Made by a program: the position numbers and the translations under genes. Source: Vitrella brassicaformis CCMP3155 (Eukaryota; Protista; Chromerida). Taken from it: a DNA stretch of 64,000 nt. The notes under the pieces are model-generated. The model worked only from the letters and a program-made list of their open reading frames with translations, did no database searches and was not told where the DNA came from. The stretch lies in NCBI GenBank assembly GCA_001179505.1, contig CDMY01001000.1, positions 62,001 through 126,000 on the forward strand, read 5' to 3'. This document shows positions 60,006 through 64,000 of the stretch, in pieces. The first letter of the stretch is position 1, and each line of letters begins with the position of its first letter.

Positions 60006-62272
60006 ATGATGGGGCTGGCCTTCTGCAGTGCATTCCTCTTCGCTCTCCAGCTGGGAACGGCGTCGTCCATCTGCCAGGAAGCTGATTGCGAAGTCACACC
60101 CGATTGGTTCATTTCGGCGGACGAATCGGAGACAAGCGCTGACCTTCCCCGCAACGTGATCGTGCTGTTCGATGGCAGCGGCAAGAACAGAGACAGGGAG
60201 ACGCCCAAGGAATGGGGGAACATTCCACTCATAGCAGACAGCATCGACCCCTTCATAGCGGGTAGGGGTGTGTGACATCGTCCAAATGACCCACTCAAAC
60301 GCTGGATGGGTGGCATGAATGCATGTAGGTGGGCAGCAGTTGGTCAAGTATCACCGTGGCGTCGGCAGGGAGAAGTTCAGCGAGCCGAAAGAGCTGTTTG
60401 CGTTCATGACCGGAGCAGGGTTCGTCAAAAGCGTCTTGGACGCAATCGAGTGGCTCATGGACATTGGGCTGACGAAGGAGGACAGACTGTTCATGTTTGG
60501 CTTCTCTCGAGGGGCGCTGCAGGCCCGGCTCCTCCAAGGTGATGCCCGAAGACCTGACGTATCAATCTCATGTCTCTATCTCGATCACGCAGGGCTCCTC
60601 TTCACGTTTGGCCTTCCGGCTGACAAGAAGAATGAACTTGCCTTCCTCCAAGAGAAAAAGTCCGATCTGGTCCAGAAGTTCGCGTACTTACATGAGGACG
60701 GACCAGGCACGGAGTACATGGCGGACGATGAGCGGAAGAGGGACACTCACTTTGTCGGTCTCTTTGACGCCGTGGCCGACACAGTCGCACTGCTCTACAA
60801 CGTCCAGAGTACACTCGGAAGGATGCTCACGTCTCACTTCTGAACGTGGATCTGTCCTGGTTGTCGGCTGCAGGGCTGGTCCTCGATATTGCACCGACAA
60901 CGAAATATGTCTACCATGCCATGTCTCTGGATGAGTGAGTGGGCGGCAATGGTGCACAACTTAACACTTATACATTACAGAGACATACGTCTGTGTGCCC
61001 TGCGCTTCTCGTGCAGGCTTCGGGGGACTTTCGAGGCGTTTCCCATCACTTTCGATCCGTCTGCCTATGCCACAAGCCGGCCGACAAACAGGACAGCAAA
61101 GGCACAGGTGGGGTGAGTCCCTCTCAAAGGCGACGCCGCATCTCCATCGCCCATTGTGCCATCAGGTGCCGCACATCGAAAACCTCTGGTTTGAAGGTGA
61201 TCACAAGGACGTTGGCGGTGGCCTCGACGACATCGATCGCATCGCCGACATACCTCTCAGGCAAGCCAAAGGTCCACAACAGATCATGGAAGCTTTGCGT
61301 TGACAGGGGTCTCTTTGCCTGTCTGCCTCTCACTTCGATCAGGTGGATGCTACAGAAAGCGGAGTCTGCGGGTCTAAAGCTGACGGCCAATTGGCAGAAG
61401 AGCATCCCTCCGTACATGGAACTCGTCGCCGCGAAAGCTCATAACGAGTCAAAACTAAAGCAGTGGCAGGTGAGTGGAGGAAGAACTAACAGCTATTGCC
61501 TTTGCATGCCAGTGTGTTTGTTTCAGGACATCCAATGGCAAGGTCGGTGCCACCGAGGCCATATGTGTGGGCATAAACACAGGTTCTGTCTGTGCGTGAG
61601 CAGGTCCCTTGGTTGGGAAGGTCTGGGACGACATGAGAAAGCAGGCTGTCGAAACGAGGCCACGATGGGCGTTCAAGTGCTCTGCTTCTGGCGGGAATGT
61701 CCTGAAGATGGCAAGACCGCTGCTGCATCGATCCGTCCTCGACCGCTTCCATCTCCGGTAGGCGCACACACACACAAGTAATGCGTGTCTGTACATGTCT
61801 CTCTCCGTTTCTGTGTGTGTCTGGCCGATCGATGCGATCGATCAGGATGGAGTTGCCTCGGCCGTTGTGCTGCCAGCAGTTCCGCCTTCTCGACAGGCCG
61901 CTGTACTCGGACGAGAAAGTCAATGAGCCAACCGATCATGTGGCCAACACGATCCGCTTCGTCCCGAAGGAGACACGTCCGGACGGCCTCAAGAAATACG
62001 ACATCGAGACCAAGACGACCGGTGGCACACTGATGATCTACCATGTGCTGTTCACGCCCGCCGAGCCCGCCGTCCCCATCAAGTTTCCCGACGACACGTG
62101 GCATGCCGTCTCCGATTCGCCTACCTGCCAGGACCCCCAGTTGCTGTTCGCGTGCTGTGTGAGGGAGCGCATGAGGCCGACGTGCAGTGTGGACGAGTTG
62201 CAAGGCGGGATGGCGAGATTCAAGAAAGCCGAGAGTGAGAGAGAACAGCTGTGCAAGGGAAGACCCCGTTGA
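60006..62272 (+). CDS. Secreted DUF2235 / Tle1-like alpha/beta-hydrolase (phospholipase-like) with Cys-rich C-terminal extension
   Basis: Signal peptide. RNVIVLFDGSG; YHRGVG; LFMFGFSRGA (GxSxG); FVGLFDAV; YHAMSLDE; LWFEGDHKDVGGG; IRWMLQKA. C-terminal exons contain many Cys. Confidence 0.75.
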
Positions 62273-62689
62273 AGTGAGTGAGTGGAAGAGACACATGCAG
62301 TGCAAGCGGACGACAGCATGGATGAGAGACAGAACAGACACCTGCGATGAATCGATTCTTGGTTCTGTCTGAATCTGCGTGGGAGGGAGATATTTGAGTG
62401 AGGGACGGACGGAGGGACACTTCAAAGCCCCATTTTGAATTAGACAGGGGATGGGAGGCACAGCCCCACACACGAATGGCAGAGGCAGAACAGAGGAGGA
62501 CAGATGAGCCCACGAGACCAGCCAGGACCGATCAGCCAGCTGGTCAGGCGAGACAGACTCGAGGCAGACACACAAAACACAGCCGGCCGGTCAGTCGTCC
62601 AGACGGCCACACGCAGAGAGCGCGACCAACAAACAGACAGACAGACAGACAATGAGAAGAGAGAGGGGCGATGCACTCCCTCCTCTCCG

Positions 62690-62850
62690 ATCAAACCCGA
62701 TACACAGTCAGCCAGGCAAGAGGGAAGAGCCCCCGGCCACACACACGAGTTTATGACAAAAACAGCCACCCCCACATGTGTGTGTGTGTGGATTCTCTCC
62801 TACTCTATGCTGTACCAAACGCAGCTCAACGTAAGGGACGTAGCTGTCTG
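62690..62850 (-). repeat. 5'-truncated fragment of the FKBP-like cassette plus its conserved downstream flank
   Basis: Minus strand ccttacgttgagctgcgtttggtacagcatagagtaggagagaatccacacac..ggccgggggctcttccctcttgcctggctgactgtg matches the cassette ends at 22200, 47729 and 54224. The sequence upstream of ~62850 is unrelated. Confidence 0.75.
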
Positions 62851-63521
62851 GACGGAAGGTTGAAAGACGCTTCAGTCGCTGCTAGCCCACTGCATGTCTG
62901 TCCAGTCGCTGCAGAGAAAGCAGCAGAGCAGATATCGGTTGTGGTGAGACAGAATTGAGTGAAGGATGTCTCGCCAACCAGAGTGAGTGAGGTGATGATG
63001 TTTGGAATGGATTGAGTGCCCTTTGAGTGACGCTTCAGATGCGCCAAATGCGGTCTGGCGCGGTGCCTTGGTTGCTGAGAACGGAGCGGCTGTTGTGGAG
63101 GGGTGACACTGTCAGTTGAGAATGAAAGAGAGCGAGTGAGGAGCTGCTGCTTGGTGTGTGTGAGGCTCTCAACTGGCCGGTTCACATTTGGTCCACATGC
63201 AATGGTCGAGATTCAGACCATTGCATCTCGAGATTCTCGACCATTACTACGGAGGCAACTCATTACTGGAGATATTTCATTTCATTTTCGGCGTCCTCAT
63301 GACCACAGTCAGAGTCCCCTCAACGCCTGATGAGCCCGCCTGGTGTCATGAAATCCGTGCCTGCCGTCGGAAATGAGTCTCCTCCATTGGCCGGCCTCGC
63401 CTGCGGGGGAGATGGCGAACAATTGATGGCGAGTGGGGGCGCGTTGAATTAAGGCGCCCTCACCCATGCCAGGCAAACACATTTCCATCACCACAACGCA
63501 CACACACGCACACAGACAGAC

Positions 63522-63553
<32 letters not shown>

Positions 63554-64000
63554 GAGGGACGTCTGTGTCTGTGTGTGTTGATGCGCAGTTCACGAGACCT
63601 TCTTCAGCCGCATTTGCGCCGACGAGGACAGCCAGTCCGACCAGACCAGGACGACGAATCATCTCCTTCACGTACACACACAAACTCTCGGGGGAGAGAG
63701 AGCGGAAGAAGGACAGAGAGGCACGCAGAGATACCCATAAGGATGTGTGTGCGAATGGGTGTAGTGACTCCTCTGCGAAATGCAGCAAGTGCGGCCCCAT
63801 CTTCCGCTGGTGGTGGTGACGCAGAGGGAGGCGCCTCGGCGTCTGCTTAATCGGCACCGGCATCGGCATCATCGTCGTCTGCGCCAAGGGACAGCCAAGT
63901 GTGCCAGGTACATCCCTTGGCGGGGGGCATGTCCCTCTCCAGCCGCTCTCTCTCATCGTCATCTGCCTCTGCTGCTGATGACAGCAACAACACCAGCCAA

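Noticed and set aside
63309-63962. Minus-strand ORF at the window end
   Set aside because: The most coding-like frame (DDDERERLE..DDDDADAGAD*ADAEAPPS..) has an internal TAA and no recognisable domain.
1-64000. tRNA, rRNA or snoRNA genes
   Set aside because: No cloverleaf, rRNA-like stretch or convincing C/D or H/ACA box pair was seen by eye; a tRNAscan-SE/Infernal run would be needed to exclude them.

Overview
Eukaryotic, GC-rich, intron-dense genomic DNA with (CA)n/(CAGA)n microsatellites in most introns and five ~300-N scaffold gaps. The gene content (signal+transit-peptide proteins, SOQ1-like, HemW) suggests a chromerid alveolate such as Vitrella; this is an inference. About 25 spliced genes are recognisable. 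Housekeeping-type genes include FKBP-TPR, a fumarate reductase/cytochrome-b5-reductase fusion, HemW, a UBLCP1-like phosphatase, SERINC, NTMT1, a SOQ1-like protein, DUF2828 and DUF2235. The most striking feature is a ~95-110 aa divergent FKBP-fold cassette present 15 times plus one 3' fragment, on both strands. It is almost always entered by a phase-2 intron, and most copies also end at a possible phase-2 donor. It is spliced onto unrelated N-terminal domains (BTB, SET, three RING fingers, a small unnamed domain), singly or in tandem arrays of 2-4, and several copies are decaying. Also found: a secreted beta-helix-repeat protein with a phage-tailspike/MYRF-type S74-like chaperone domain, a 386-bp MITE with 22-bp TIRs and an 8-bp TSD, a 34-bp-stem hairpin, and a microexon-built AGNPSVVS repeat protein. 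All exon structures were read by eye and no database search was run.
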